The position numbers were made by a program, and so were the translations under genes. The notes below the pieces were generated by a model. The model did not search any database. It was given only the letters and a program-made list of their open reading frames with translations, and had not been told where the DNA came from. Below are positions 20,115 through 29,327 of a DNA stretch of 64,000 nucleotides, piece after piece. The DNA is from a virus (lineage: Duplodnaviria > Caudoviricetes): positions 123-64,122 of IMG/VR virus record IMGVR_UViG_2657245113_000001; one strand, written 5' to 3'. Within the stretch, counting starts at the first letter, position 1; every line of letters starts with the position of its first letter.

Positions 20115-20732
20115 TCAACTATTACGAATAATTTTCATTTCAGCGTTAAGATAACACCGCATCTCAATAAGGAATTTGTCCAAAAAATCCGTAATGCCAG
20201 GCAATTGGACTGCAGTCATTGGTACATCTTTACTAAAAGCCTCTTGCAATATAGCGTTACAGGCTTTTAGATTCAGTTCTATAACCTTACCCTCTGGAAG
20301 ATCCGTGTTAATCAAAAGGATTATTGAGTTAATAGATACATTGAGGTTTTTCGCCATTAAAAAGCCTTCAGCTAAATCTTGCCTGTCATATTTAGTACCA
20401 GACTCCTTTAAAAGTCTGCGTTTTGCTAACATTGATGCACCGAGAATTTCAACTTCGGCAGTATATTGCGCGCTAAAATCTCTAATCTTATTAATACGCT
20501 CAGCAGCCTGAGCTAGTTCCATTTGAGACCTAAGTAACTTATTACTATTTTCAATAGCTTTCCAAGCGATTATGGCAGGGATTGCACCAGCTATTAACGA
20601 TCCAAGAATAGTTATAAGAGAGCTTTCCCACGAGAAAACCGAATCAATAATTATTTTAGGAACCTTACTAATAGTAAGATAATTATTTGAAACGATATGT
20701 TCATGTATAAACGGAATTCCTTGCCATGCCAT
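20115..20732 (-). CDS. Hypothetical membrane moron protein
   Basis: Start MAWQG at 20732; one TM segment; AT-rich. Confidence 0.65.
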   Translation of the reverse strand: MAWQGIPFIHEHIVSNNYLTISKVPKIIIDSVFSWESSLITILGSLIAGAIPAIIAWKAIENSNKLLRSQMELAQAAERINKIRDFSAQYTAEVEILGASMLAKRRLLKESGTKYDRQDLAEGFLMAKNLNVSINSIILLINTDLPEGKVIELNLKACNAILQEAFSKDVPMTAVQLPGITDFLDKFLIEMRCYLNAEMKIIRNS

Positions 20733-20802
20733 TGCACTACGCCTGTAAATATGAAAACTAAATAATAACCACGACTTAAATTTATTAATAGGCGCTAACG
20801 CT

Positions 20803-20830
20803 AAAAACCTCACCGAAGCGAGGTTTATTT
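20803..20830 (-). terminator. tR'-like terminator downstream of Q
   Basis: AAAAACCTCACCGAAGCGAGGTTT hairpin about 50 nt past Q stop. Confidence 0.55.
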
Positions 20831-20879
20831 AACTGGATAAGCGCTACTGCACAACCTACTCTTATCACACTAGAACACT

Positions 20880-21302
20880 TTATGCGTAGCGCACTAATCC
20901 TTTTTTATCATTTTCATGAATATGTTGGATTTGAGTGTAGGGATCCATCTCAAGAACTGCGCCCGTCATTGCCAGGCAACCATCGATAAAACCCTCTGCG
21001 ACCTGCATCTGCTGGCGAATACGGCCCTCAGATACCTTGTAACGCTTCGCTATTTGCCGCTTTGAAACGCCAAGTATGTAATGCAGGCATATCAGAGAGT
21101 ATTCATGCGTCAATCGCCGGGCTTTTAACTGACCTACTGCCGAATCAATGATTAGGCCATCATCATCACAGCAGGATTCTTGACGGCTTGAAGTGGCGGG
21201 TAGTAACCCTTTAAATCCCGCTGCGATAGGTGAGTAATCAACACCACAACTATCACGCGCCCAAACGCCCCAGCGGGCCAAAACTAAAGAAATGTCTCTC
21301 AT
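20880..21302 (-). CDS. Q: Late antiterminator Q
   Basis: MRDISLVLARWGVWA, CCDDDGL.ID, AEGFIDGCL. Confidence 0.9.
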   Translation of the reverse strand: MRDISLVLARWGVWARDSCGVDYSPIAAGFKGLLPATSSRQESCCDDDGLIIDSAVGQLKARRLTHEYSLICLHYILGVSKRQIAKRYKVSEGRIRQQMQVAEGFIDGCLAMTGAVLEMDPYTQIQHIHENDKKGLVRYA

Positions 21303-22324
21303 GCTAAAGCCCCTATACCGATTGAACGATCCATAAAGCGAAATAGTAGAACTATCTGGCTGCCGTACTTCTCTTCCCACGCGCGCTGGTTGGCATGTAA
21401 TTCATCGTGACAGTTACGGCACAAAGGGAATGTGAATAGGTCATGCGCCTTGGTTGCCATACCGCCCTGCCCATGCCCGATGATGTGGTGAGGGTCACAG
21501 TCACCATTGCCGCAACCGCAGCAAGGTTGTGATTTAACCCATTGCAGATATTTCCGGTTCTCCCAACGCCGCAGTTTTGGCCTGAGCATAAAACCAGCTG
21601 GTGGCTCGGCATCAACCTTTAGAGCCAAAGCGGGTTTTACGGCTATTTCCGTTGGTGGCTTGGCTTTCGTCACTTTCTTGGCAACCACCTCTTGTGGTGC
21701 AGGTGTCCAGGTAATATCACTCTCTTTTGTGCCGCCAGTTTCGATCACTGCGGGTGGCATACGCAGAGAAGAACGGGCAATAGCATCCGGCAACAGGTCG
21801 TAAACCTCGTTAACCACCGCCCACCAACACAGCTCTGGCAACGTCAGCTGGTGGCCCTCAGAAAAATGAAAGTAGCCGCGAACGGTTTCGACCACCCAAG
21901 CGACGAGATTATTGGTCGCCAGTTGATTTAGGCGAGGAAGTGTCTGCTCTCTCAGCTTATTATCGTGATGCCAGCACAGGCGAATTGACCGTTGGTTATA
22001 ACGCAAGGTGGTGAGATTGCGGTCATGGCTATCATCCGGATCATGCCACTGGCACTCTTTCAGCCGTTCCACCCATGCCTCAAGCACGCGCGGGCCACCA
22101 GCAGCATTGATAACCCGCTCATGTTCAAAGAAGGGTAACAGTCGCGGATCATTGGCTAGCTGTTGATTGACGACCGGCAACGCGCCAGCAGGCAGCAATT
22201 TAAACTCATCCGGTTCAGTGGCCACCAGCAATCGGCCTGACATATACGGCAATAAATCTGCACCTGGCTTCAATATCACCACGCCCAGCTCACGCTGAAT
22301 AAACGGGGTTAATAGCGCCCTCAT
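21299..22324 (-). CDS. DUF968 family protein
   Basis: MRALLTP, YLQWVKSQPC, HDLFT.PLCR..H.ELH. Confidence 0.85.
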   Translation of the reverse strand: MRALLTPFIQRELGVVILKPGADLLPYMSGRLLVATEPDEFKLLPAGALPVVNQQLANDPRLLPFFEHERVINAAGGPRVLEAWVERLKECQWHDPDDSHDRNLTTLRYNQRSIRLCWHHDNKLREQTLPRLNQLATNNLVAWVVETVRGYFHFSEGHQLTLPELCWWAVVNEVYDLLPDAIARSSLRMPPAVIETGGTKESDITWTPAPQEVVAKKVTKAKPPTEIAVKPALALKVDAEPPAGFMLRPKLRRWENRKYLQWVKSQPCCGCGNGDCDPHHIIGHGQGGMATKAHDLFTFPLCRNCHDELHANQRAWEEKYGSQIVLLFRFMDRSIGIGALA

Positions 22325-23130
22325 GCTGCTTTAGCCGTCATCATTAACTTAATAAGCTCATCCACCTTTGATTCATAGAAATGAGGCTGTGTTTCGCGGG
22401 GATTGCCAGGACTGATGATGTTCTTGCCATAAAGCAGCCCTTTTGACGTCACCGACCAAAAGTATTTAAGTCCTCCTTTAGCTTTTGGTGATGTGCTTGG
22501 ACGGGATCGGCGTTCAACAATACCCAGCTCGGACAAACGACCAAATGCCACTGTTGCCCTAATGGGGATTGACCGAGATTTGAGTACCGTACTCAGTGCC
22601 ATAGTTGGACGGCTTGAGCCATCAACAGCATCAGTAGGGGCGTCAATGGCATATTGTGGGGCAAGATTGGGTAATCCGACTGCCTGCTGTAGCTTTTGAC
22701 AGGCACCGAGAACAGAAGAATTAGATAGATTGAGTTCTTTACGCATGAACTCTAATAAAATGACACCAGCCTGCATCTTATCTGCTGATGGGTTTACTGC
22801 GGTGATTGATTGGCTGACGGCCAGATCGAATGTTCGGATAACTTTCAGACTAAACGATGCACTGATCCACATAGCATAGGCATATACCAACTCTTTACAG
22901 ACATAAGTACCCTGCTCGATACCGCCGCGCACGACATAAACTGGTTGTTCTGTAGGCGAGTTGCTAATTTGCAACTCGGTCACTAATTGAACAGTCTGTT
23001 CGTTCCTGAGCCAGAATGCCGGTTTGTGCTTATCTAATGCACCAGCTGCACGATGCAAATCATTCAGGCAATAACGGCCAGCATTATCAAGACGAACGGA
23101 AACACCCTCAATTACGAGTAACTGATTCAT
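22321..23130 (-). CDS. KilA-N domain protein
   Basis: GRYCLNDLHRAAG, GTY.CKELVYAYAMWIS. Confidence 0.9.
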   Translation of the reverse strand: MNQLLVIEGVSVRLDNAGRYCLNDLHRAAGALDKHKPAFWLRNEQTVQLVTELQISNSPTEQPVYVVRGGIEQGTYVCKELVYAYAMWISASFSLKVIRTFDLAVSQSITAVNPSADKMQAGVILLEFMRKELNLSNSSVLGACQKLQQAVGLPNLAPQYAIDAPTDAVDGSSRPTMALSTVLKSRSIPIRATVAFGRLSELGIVERRSRPSTSPKAKGGLKYFWSVTSKGLLYGKNIISPGNPRETQPHFYESKVDELIKLMMTAKAA

Positions 23131-23226
23131 AATTCACTCCACACATTAGTTTTTACCAACCTACCCAATCCAATGTCCGCACACATGGAAAGGTGAATAA
23201 CTGCACAACCACTGTACATTACCACA

Positions 23227-23613
23227 CTACGAAAGGTGAACATTTATATTCACCTCGCTGATAACTATCTCTATCTTCCCTCCCTTGACGATTGGCCCCC
23301 ACTCAATCATTAGCTTTTTCACTTGGCTATCATCAGCCCACACACCCGCATGAGTCAGGGCATCCAGCGGCGCTTTCAGGAAGTTATCCAGATCCCGCCG
23401 AACCAGATTAGGAGGGTAGAAAACGATAGCGACCGCCACCGGATCAGTGATGGTTTTTGGTACCCGCCGCAACTGCTCAAGAATGCAGGCCAAAGCCTCA
23501 GACCGGAACTGACGACCTTTGACGCTGATAAGATGGCGACCCGCTAACGGGCCCTTACTCGGGGCGCGCCAATAGCTATTTACTGAGGGTGGAAATGGCA
23601 GAGTGAGTTTCAA
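23227..23613 (-). CDS. rusA: RusA Holliday junction resolvase
   Basis: LPFPPSVN.YWR, RRDLDNFLKA.LDAL, DDSQV. Confidence 0.92.
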   Translation of the reverse strand: MKLTLPFPPSVNSYWRAPSKGPLAGRHLISVKGRQFRSEALACILEQLRRVPKTITDPVAVAIVFYPPNLVRRDLDNFLKAPLDALTHAGVWADDSQVKKLMIEWGPIVKGGKIEIVISEVNINVHLS

Positions 23614-25355
23614 GCAGTTACCCCGCTATCCGGTGCCGGAATAATTTCAGGAATATTTTGCGGTTGATTTTGTGGTACCAGGCGCTCTGCCTCTCTGCGG
23701 ATCTGCGCTAAGAATGCCGCGCCAGTAGTCATAAGCTGATCCAGTGAGACATAACTTGTTGCTGGCCCGCGCCACGTCTTATCAAATATCGCTATGGCTC
23801 CAGCGAAGAATGCACCGCTCGGTACCTGTTTATCATTTGCCGGAATAAACCAGCGTGGGAGGTCGAAACCAACGCGACCGCGAATAAACGCTATGTGGTC
23901 GGCTTGCTCTGGCCACCAGCTCTCTGATGTGGCGACTTTGATAAGAAACACATAACGGCCACCGGCTTCACGCATTGCCGCTGTGTGCTGCATGATGTGA
24001 GTCATACCGGTGATGTATTCACCTTCATGCTGTTTAGCGCGGGAATATGGCGGGTTACCGAACGCAGCGCCTTTAAGCTCTTTCACTCGCTCAGCCCAGT
24101 TTTGAACCAGCGCGTTATCTTCTGCCGTGTAGTAGTCAGGGCATTTACTGTTTTCACCGTCAGAGAACAGGTCCAAAACCAGTGGGCCAAACATCTGGTT
24201 AATGCCCCAAAACAACGCATCGGGAGTGCGCCACTGATCGCCTACCTGTTTTAAGAAATGCTCAGGCATAGCTTTTAGTGCATTCAAAGATTCAACATAT
24301 TCTGAGATCTGCGGAATATCGGTTTCTTGTTCATCACCAAGATCACAAGAGAATGGCTCACATGATTCAGTACACGAATCTGTATCTGTAGCATGGCTGC
24401 CTATGATTTTCTCTCTCATCTCCTCAGCACTACGCTCTGAAAACATAGTGATAACTTGTTCTAGGGTATTCTTGCCACGATATAAGCGGCGGTCACTACG
24501 AGTTTTACGGACTTCGGTAGAATTGACACACTCCATAAACTGTCTAGCCAACTCCGGTTCATCCTTTGCTGCCAATGCAACTTTTTGTATCGACTTCTTG
24601 ACGCAAAAAACACAGTTCCCTAAATGTTCATCAATAGCTAAATTAAAAGTCCGCGTTGACCAAAAACTCAGAATGTCCGCTTTCCCCATATCTGATATAT
24701 CGGCCAGAAAATTAATTTTTAGCGCACGGTTGTTGATGATTCTTTTGTAAACTAGCTCTCGTTGTTCTTCTGTTGCCAATGGCAGCTTTTCAACAAGTAG
24801 GCTCTTCGCCTTATTTTCACCGGCTATTTCCAACGCTTCTAGTACATCAAGACGAAATTCGTTCATCTCCTCCATGGGCATACAGCTATCTTTCAATATG
24901 CGATACGCATATCGACCAAAGATCCGCTGAGGCTCATCGTCACGAATGCCAATCCACGTTTCAAAACCACCTCGGCCAAATTTCTCTACACAATAATTGT
25001 GGGCTAACTCCTGTTTCATTCGAGAAGAGCAGAACGGTGCGCCAATGGAAGGTGCGCCATATTTTTCTAGTACCCCTTTCCATGCATAAAGGTCTGTTTT
25101 TAGGTCACTAACATTAATAATCTCGATATTGTTACGCTTGCCCAATTCATCACTGATCCCCATCCTGATACAGGTCAGGTCTATACACCATTCAGCAACT
25201 AGACGCTGGATGAATTTATAAGTTTCTGGGTGCTCACCACCAGTGTCCATGAAGATATAACGGACATCTTCGCCAGCAATCCGCCGTTGCTCCATCAGGT
25301 GAACCAAATAAGCGGAGGTGCGACCACCAGAGAAACTAACCACTTGAGTTGTCAT
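23610..25355 (-). CDS. PAPS-reductase-like domain fused to phage N6-adenine DNA methyltransferase
   Basis: N-terminal SFSGGRTS PP-loop, DTG.EH, GNCVFC; C-terminal DQWRTP, LDLF, NPPY. Confidence 0.85.
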   Translation of the reverse strand: MTTQVVSFSGGRTSAYLVHLMEQRRIAGEDVRYIFMDTGGEHPETYKFIQRLVAEWCIDLTCIRMGISDELGKRNNIEIINVSDLKTDLYAWKGVLEKYGAPSIGAPFCSSRMKQELAHNYCVEKFGRGGFETWIGIRDDEPQRIFGRYAYRILKDSCMPMEEMNEFRLDVLEALEIAGENKAKSLLVEKLPLATEEQRELVYKRIINNRALKINFLADISDMGKADILSFWSTRTFNLAIDEHLGNCVFCVKKSIQKVALAAKDEPELARQFMECVNSTEVRKTRSDRRLYRGKNTLEQVITMFSERSAEEMREKIIGSHATDTDSCTESCEPFSCDLGDEQETDIPQISEYVESLNALKAMPEHFLKQVGDQWRTPDALFWGINQMFGPLVLDLFSDGENSKCPDYYTAEDNALVQNWAERVKELKGAAFGNPPYSRAKQHEGEYITGMTHIMQHTAAMREAGGRYVFLIKVATSESWWPEQADHIAFIRGRVGFDLPRWFIPANDKQVPSGAFFAGAIAIFDKTWRGPATSYVSLDQLMTTGAAFLAQIRREAERLVPQNQPQNIPEIIPAPDSGVTA

Positions 25356-26383
25356 GCTGCTTTCTCCCCGCTCATGCGCTGGCTGCATTCTTTCCAGATG
25401 GTATTCCACTTACTCACGCCAAAACCATTCCCCATACCGCGCAAACCAAGTTTGCTAGCCTCGTTGCTGACCATGGTTTCAAGTGGGGTTGGGTTACGAA
25501 CAGGTAAACCTGAACCGATGAACCGCATGTAGGCTTTATCGCGCAGAGTGGTATCGCCAGTCAGTAATTCCCCGCTCGCCTTAACCCATTTGCCATCTTT
25601 GCGGACTGGGCGTCCGTGTGCATGCCAGCGGCTGGCACCTTCAAGGTAGCCAGGGAATTTAGTTGGCTGGAAAAGTGTTGTCGGGCGCAGGTATTCAGCC
25701 ATATCCAGATCGGTGGCCCACTTCGCGTGGAGGTAATCAACCGTGAGTTTCAGCTCTGCAACAGTGAACTGCTCTTTCAGTCGGGCGCGGATGTTCTCCA
25801 GCGATGATTTACTGGTCTGGTACCGAGAGCCGGTAATCAGGTTCAGGTGCTTTAAAACGTCTTTGGCCTGATCAGTAATTTCAACTTCAGGGTCGGTCGC
25901 CATCGGCGGCTGACAGGGAGGTTTTTTACTTGATGGATCTGGTGTTGATTTTACTGACGGATCGCCCCCAGATTCTGGCGGGTCAAAAGTGCCGTTATTG
26001 CCAGATTCTGACCCGTCGAATTTTGAGCCATCAGATTTTGACCCGTCAGATTTTGAGCCATCAGATTTTGAGGTGTCGGATTCTGACGCATGAGCAGCGG
26101 CCTTAAGCTTTGCAACATTCAGCTGATAAACATTACTGGCATTGCGGTTACCGGCGCGGCGGGCTTTCTTGCTTAACCAACCATCGGTTTCCAATTCAGC
26201 CAGCGCAGTACGAACAGTGCTCTCACCTGCCCCAATCTGGCGGGCAATCGTCGTTACTGACGGCCAGCACACGCCCTCATCATTAGAAAAGTCAGCAAGA
26301 CGGGCCATGATGGCCACTTTCGATATTTTCATACCCGCAGCCGCACAGCCGTCCCATACATAACTGGATAGCTTTACGCTCAT
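25352..26383 (-). CDS. Phage replication initiator (HTH + conserved C-terminal domain)
   Basis: LADFSNDEGVCWPS, YLRPTTLF; internal iterons. Confidence 0.85.
   Translation of the reverse strand: MSVKLSSYVWDGCAAAGMKISKVAIMARLADFSNDEGVCWPSVTTIARQIGAGESTVRTALAELETDGWLSKKARRAGNRNASNVYQLNVAKLKAAAHASESDTSKSDGSKSDGSKSDGSKFDGSESGNNGTFDPPESGGDPSVKSTPDPSSKKPPCQPPMATDPEVEITDQAKDVLKHLNLITGSRYQTSKSSLENIRARLKEQFTVAELKLTVDYLHAKWATDLDMAEYLRPTTLFQPTKFPGYLEGASRWHAHGRPVRKDGKWVKASGELLTGDTTLRDKAYMRFIGSGLPVRNPTPLETMVSNEASKLGLRGMGNGFGVSKWNTIWKECSQRMSGEKAA
26001..26090. repeat. Six 15-bp iterons (consensus TCAGATTTTGAsssv), putative phage origin
   Basis: Tandem units at 26001, 26016, 26031, 26046, 26061, 26076 within the rep gene. 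Confidence 0.85.
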
Positions 26384-26577
26384 ACAACCGCCTTATATTC
26401 TTTCCTGAAACGCCGAATGGGTATTGAACAGTCATGCTCATAATCATCACGACGAAAAATGACTTGCCCTGTAGCGCTGTCGTAGCCAATAACGTGAACG
26501 CGAATACCGCGCTTATCGTGGTAATACCGATCAAGCAATTGGATGGGGTTAGTGGTGGTCGTGCCTGGATTAGTCAT
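26380..26577 (-). CDS. DUF4222-like protein
   Basis: Y.DKRGIRVHVIGYD...VIF.R..YEH.C. Confidence 0.75.
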   Translation of the reverse strand: MTNPGTTTTNPIQLLDRYYHDKRGIRVHVIGYDSATGQVIFRRDDYEHDCSIPIRRFRKEYKAVV

Positions 26578-26735
26578 ACGCGGCCCCACTTACGGCGAAC
26601 TACACCCACAATTCCCCGCGCTCTGCTGTGGTTGCACGGTTTCCACTGGCCCCTTATCATTCGTTCATACCGGAACGGGCTGACACAAACGCAACGCAGT
26701 TGCGGAATAGAACGTTTAGCCGCTACAATGTTCAT
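26574..26735 (-). CDS. Small hypothetical phage protein (53 aa)
   Basis: Manual translation MNIVAAKRSIPQ...KWGRV; GTGTGGAG RBS; ATGA overlap with next gene. Confidence 0.5.
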   Translation of the reverse strand: MNIVAAKRSIPQLRCVCVSPFRYERMIRGQWKPCNHSRARGIVGVVRRKWGRV

Positions 26736-26742
26736 GCGTTAA

Positions 26743-27270
26743 TTACTCCACACGTTTAGTTAATGCACCCGACGCCTCAGTGCCGCACACTGGGGCGTCA
26801 CCCCATAACATCACCGTCACAGCCACAATCTCTGCAATAATCGACTGCGCCTTATACCCCTTAGCTTTCAGCCGCTTAGTTTCATCACGATCTAACACGC
26901 CATCAGCGGTAAACTGATTATGAGCACGGCCAAAATCACCCAAAGCCACCAGCAGATCGTTAAATTTGATCAGTAGCTCGTCGTTGCCAATGTCATTCAC
27001 TTCCGGCAGCTTCACGAAAACACCACCAGCACGCTTACACATGGCCTCTGTGATATCAGAGCGGCCAGAGATAGATTCCATCTCTACCGCCATGCCCAGC
27101 GGCACGACCTGCCCCGCCAACTGGCGAACGCGGTTACGTAATGCATTCTCAGTACCGGACAGTGGACATAACTGTTTAGCCATTGCGTCATACTTGCCCG
27201 GTGTCTGAGTTATCAGCTGGTGTATCGCGTCGCTAATATCCGGCTGAGTTGGAAAGTCTTTGTTATCCAC
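26743..27270 (-). CDS. YmfL/CII-like regulatory protein
   Basis: ALRNRVRQ, GGVFVKLP; follows cro. Confidence 0.75.
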   Translation of the reverse strand: MDNKDFPTQPDISDAIHQLITQTPGKYDAMAKQLCPLSGTENALRNRVRQLAGQVVPLGMAVEMESISGRSDITEAMCKRAGGVFVKLPEVNDIGNDELLIKFNDLLVALGDFGRAHNQFTADGVLDRDETKRLKAKGYKAQSIIAEIVAVTVMLWGDAPVCGTEASGALTKRVE

Positions 27271-27298
27271 AATGTTTCTCTCTCTTTGGTGGTTTAAC

Positions 27299-27496
27299 TT
27301 AGGCCGCTGGTGCCGTAGGCTTCTGGTAGTCGGATGGGTCATACTTCAATTTCCCTTCCGTAATCTTTTCAGCTTTTAAAGCCTGCTTTTCTGGAATGAT
27401 GTGACCCCATTGGCAAACAGCGCTATGCGAAACACCCAGAGCTATAGCGGTTTTCGATGTGCCCTTGAAGAATTCAAGAACGTCAGTTTTATGCAT
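27299..27496 (-). CDS. cro: Cro-like repressor
   Basis: HTH TAIALGVSHSAVCQWG..IPE..A. Confidence 0.85.
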   Translation of the reverse strand: MHKTDVLEFFKGTSKTAIALGVSHSAVCQWGHIIPEKQALKAEKITEGKLKYDPSDYQKPTAPAA

Positions 27497-27512
27497 AGTT
27501 ACCTCCATAAAA

Positions 27513-27575
27513 GTAAGCATACTTACATCGTATATTCACAGACTACTTACGTCAACTGAATGTAAGATTACTTAC
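27513..27575. promoter_or_regulatory. OR-like operators (GTAAG-N4-CTTAC)
   Basis: GTAAGCATACTTAC 27513-26, half site 27537-50, GTAAGATTACTTAC 27562-75 between divergent cro and cI. Confidence 0.8.
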
Positions 27576-27598
27576 GTCTTTTATATATGGTGGATGCT

Positions 27599-28240
27599 AT
27601 GAATACAGTTGGCGGAAGAATCAAATTCAGGCGGCGGCAGTTGAAGCTGACCCAAAAAGATATCGCTGAATATGTAGGCATTTCTGCGTCTGCCGTAACT
27701 CAATGGGAAAGTGATGCAACCGGCCTATCCAGCGATAGCCTGCTGAAACTCGCCTCATTGCTTGAATGTTCACCAGAGTGGCTTTTATCTGGAAAGGGAG
27801 AATTAGAACCTTCGATAAAGGCTATGGCCAGCAAATCAAAAGTTGTCCCCGTTATTTCATGGGTACAGGCCGGTGCCTGGACTGAAGCACTTAGCTCGAC
27901 TGGTGTCAGATCTGAATGGGTTGAAACTACAGCAAAAATTTCTGATTTTGCATTTGCCTTAAGAGTTAAAGGCGATTCAATGACAGCATCAGGCTCACTA
28001 AGCATCCCTGAAGGGGCTATTGTGATAGTCGATCCAGAATACGGATTTATTGAAGATGTTAATGAAAAAATCGTTATAGCTCAAACAAATGGAAATCATG
28101 AAGCGACAATTAAGAAATTTGTAATTGATGGCCCTAATAAATATTTAATGCCGTTAAACCCTCAATTCAAGCCCATTGAAGTAGATGACACCTGCAAATT
28201 GATTGGTGTAGTAAAGCAGATAATCATCGACCTGCCATAA
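27599..28240 (+). CDS. cI: CI repressor (HTH + S24 peptidase)
   Basis: HTH_3 N-terminus, VQAG cleavage site, V.GDSM, ATIKK. Confidence 0.93.
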   Translation: MNTVGGRIKFRRRQLKLTQKDIAEYVGISASAVTQWESDATGLSSDSLLKLASLLECSPEWLLSGKGELEPSIKAMASKSKVVPVISWVQAGAWTEALSSTGVRSEWVETTAKISDFAFALRVKGDSMTASGSLSIPEGAIVIVDPEYGFIEDVNEKIVIAQTNGNHEATIKKFVIDGPNKYLMPLNPQFKPIEVDDTCKLIGVVKQIIIDLP

Positions 28241-28261
28241 TCACTTATATCTTCTTAAAGA

Positions 28262-28285
28262 GGCCCGCCATGCGCGGGTTTTTTT
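28262..28285 (+). terminator. Terminator after cI
   Basis: GGCCCGCCATGCGCGGG followed by a T run. Confidence 0.7.
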
Positions 28286-28302
28286 ATGCTACCGCCTTAA
28301 AA

Positions 28303-28355
28303 GTAAGTTAACTTAACTTTTATTCTTGACTTTAAATGTAAGTTTACTAATACTG
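28303..28355 (+). promoter_or_regulatory. pL-like promoter with OL-like operators
   Basis: TTGACT-17-AATACT; GTAAGTTAACTTAA and GTAAGTTTACTAAT match the OR boxes. Confidence 0.7.
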
Positions 28356-28459
28356 AATCTATCAACAGCGAACAGGCAGGACGCCCACGTAGTAGCTGCC
28401 GGTGGCATAGAAACACCGGATGATTCGCTTAGTAGGGTTAACAGTGTGGAGTAACAGGT

Positions 28460-28693
28460 ATGAAAGGTTACAGATACCAAGGCGACACCACAGGAATAAC
28501 AATCGGCAAAATGCGCGTCTTGATGTGCCTCGAAGGTGAAGAACAAGCAGTGCGGGAAGCCGCGGTTAAGTTCGACAAAATCTTCTCACCCGCTGGTTAC
28601 GAACAAAGTGATAAGCCCGGTGAATTGACCATCTTCTATGTGCCGTTCGTGAAGTATGAAGCTGAATTTATCAAAATGGCCAGTAAGGGGTAA
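28460..28693 (+). CDS. Hypothetical early protein
   Basis: 77 aa ORF with GTGTGGAG RBS. Confidence 0.6.
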   Translation: MKGYRYQGDTTGITIGKMRVLMCLEGEEQAVREAAVKFDKIFSPAGYEQSDKPGELTIFYVPFVKYEAEFIKMASKG

Positions 28694-29327
28694 ATCAATG
28701 TCTCAGTTTCGAAATATCAATATCGAGTGGCTCCAGTGTATGCATGAAGCCGGTTATATCACTCTGTGTGATGGTGATTTGCAGGAAGTTTTAGACGTTA
28801 TCTTTGAGTAATACCACGAACACCACACTGCATACGGTCGCTCTTTCCTTCGTTATCAGCGCTGATAAAGCGACACAAAAGGGAATCGACGCCGGAGCCG
28901 TAACCGGCACACAACAGGTAAGAGCATTGACGAGCAAGGCATTGAGTCCGGTTCAATTCCAGACGCCAGATAGTTTTTATTATCTGGTGATGGGCAAGGA
29001 AATGGTCTGTTCGATTCAGACACCGGCAATGCTCTTACCGTTGTGATTTGCCAAAGAGCTAGCCTGTGCAATTGCAGCAGCCGGAAATAAGCGCCGGAAA
29101 TCACATCCTTGTTCCATTGCTGTGCTGTGTCTTTAGCGGCTGCGCCTGCCAACACCAGATTAGGCCAGCCGCCCTTTTCACACAGAGAAGTGCTCCGGGC
29201 GGGTTATCCCTTTAAACCCGTACAGTATAAAGCCCCCGGGCCGGAGTACTTCTCTGTGTGTGGAGTAACTAAATAACAATTATCGGTGCGGTGATAATTG
29301 CTAATAAACCTATGTGGAGTAATTAAC

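Noticed and set aside
26001-26090. CRISPR-like array
   Set aside because: Contiguous 15-bp repeats with no spacers inside the rep gene; these are iterons.
28925-29025. Bona fide tRNA genes
   Set aside because: T-loop-like motifs exist but there is no acceptor stem, anticodon arm or CCA.
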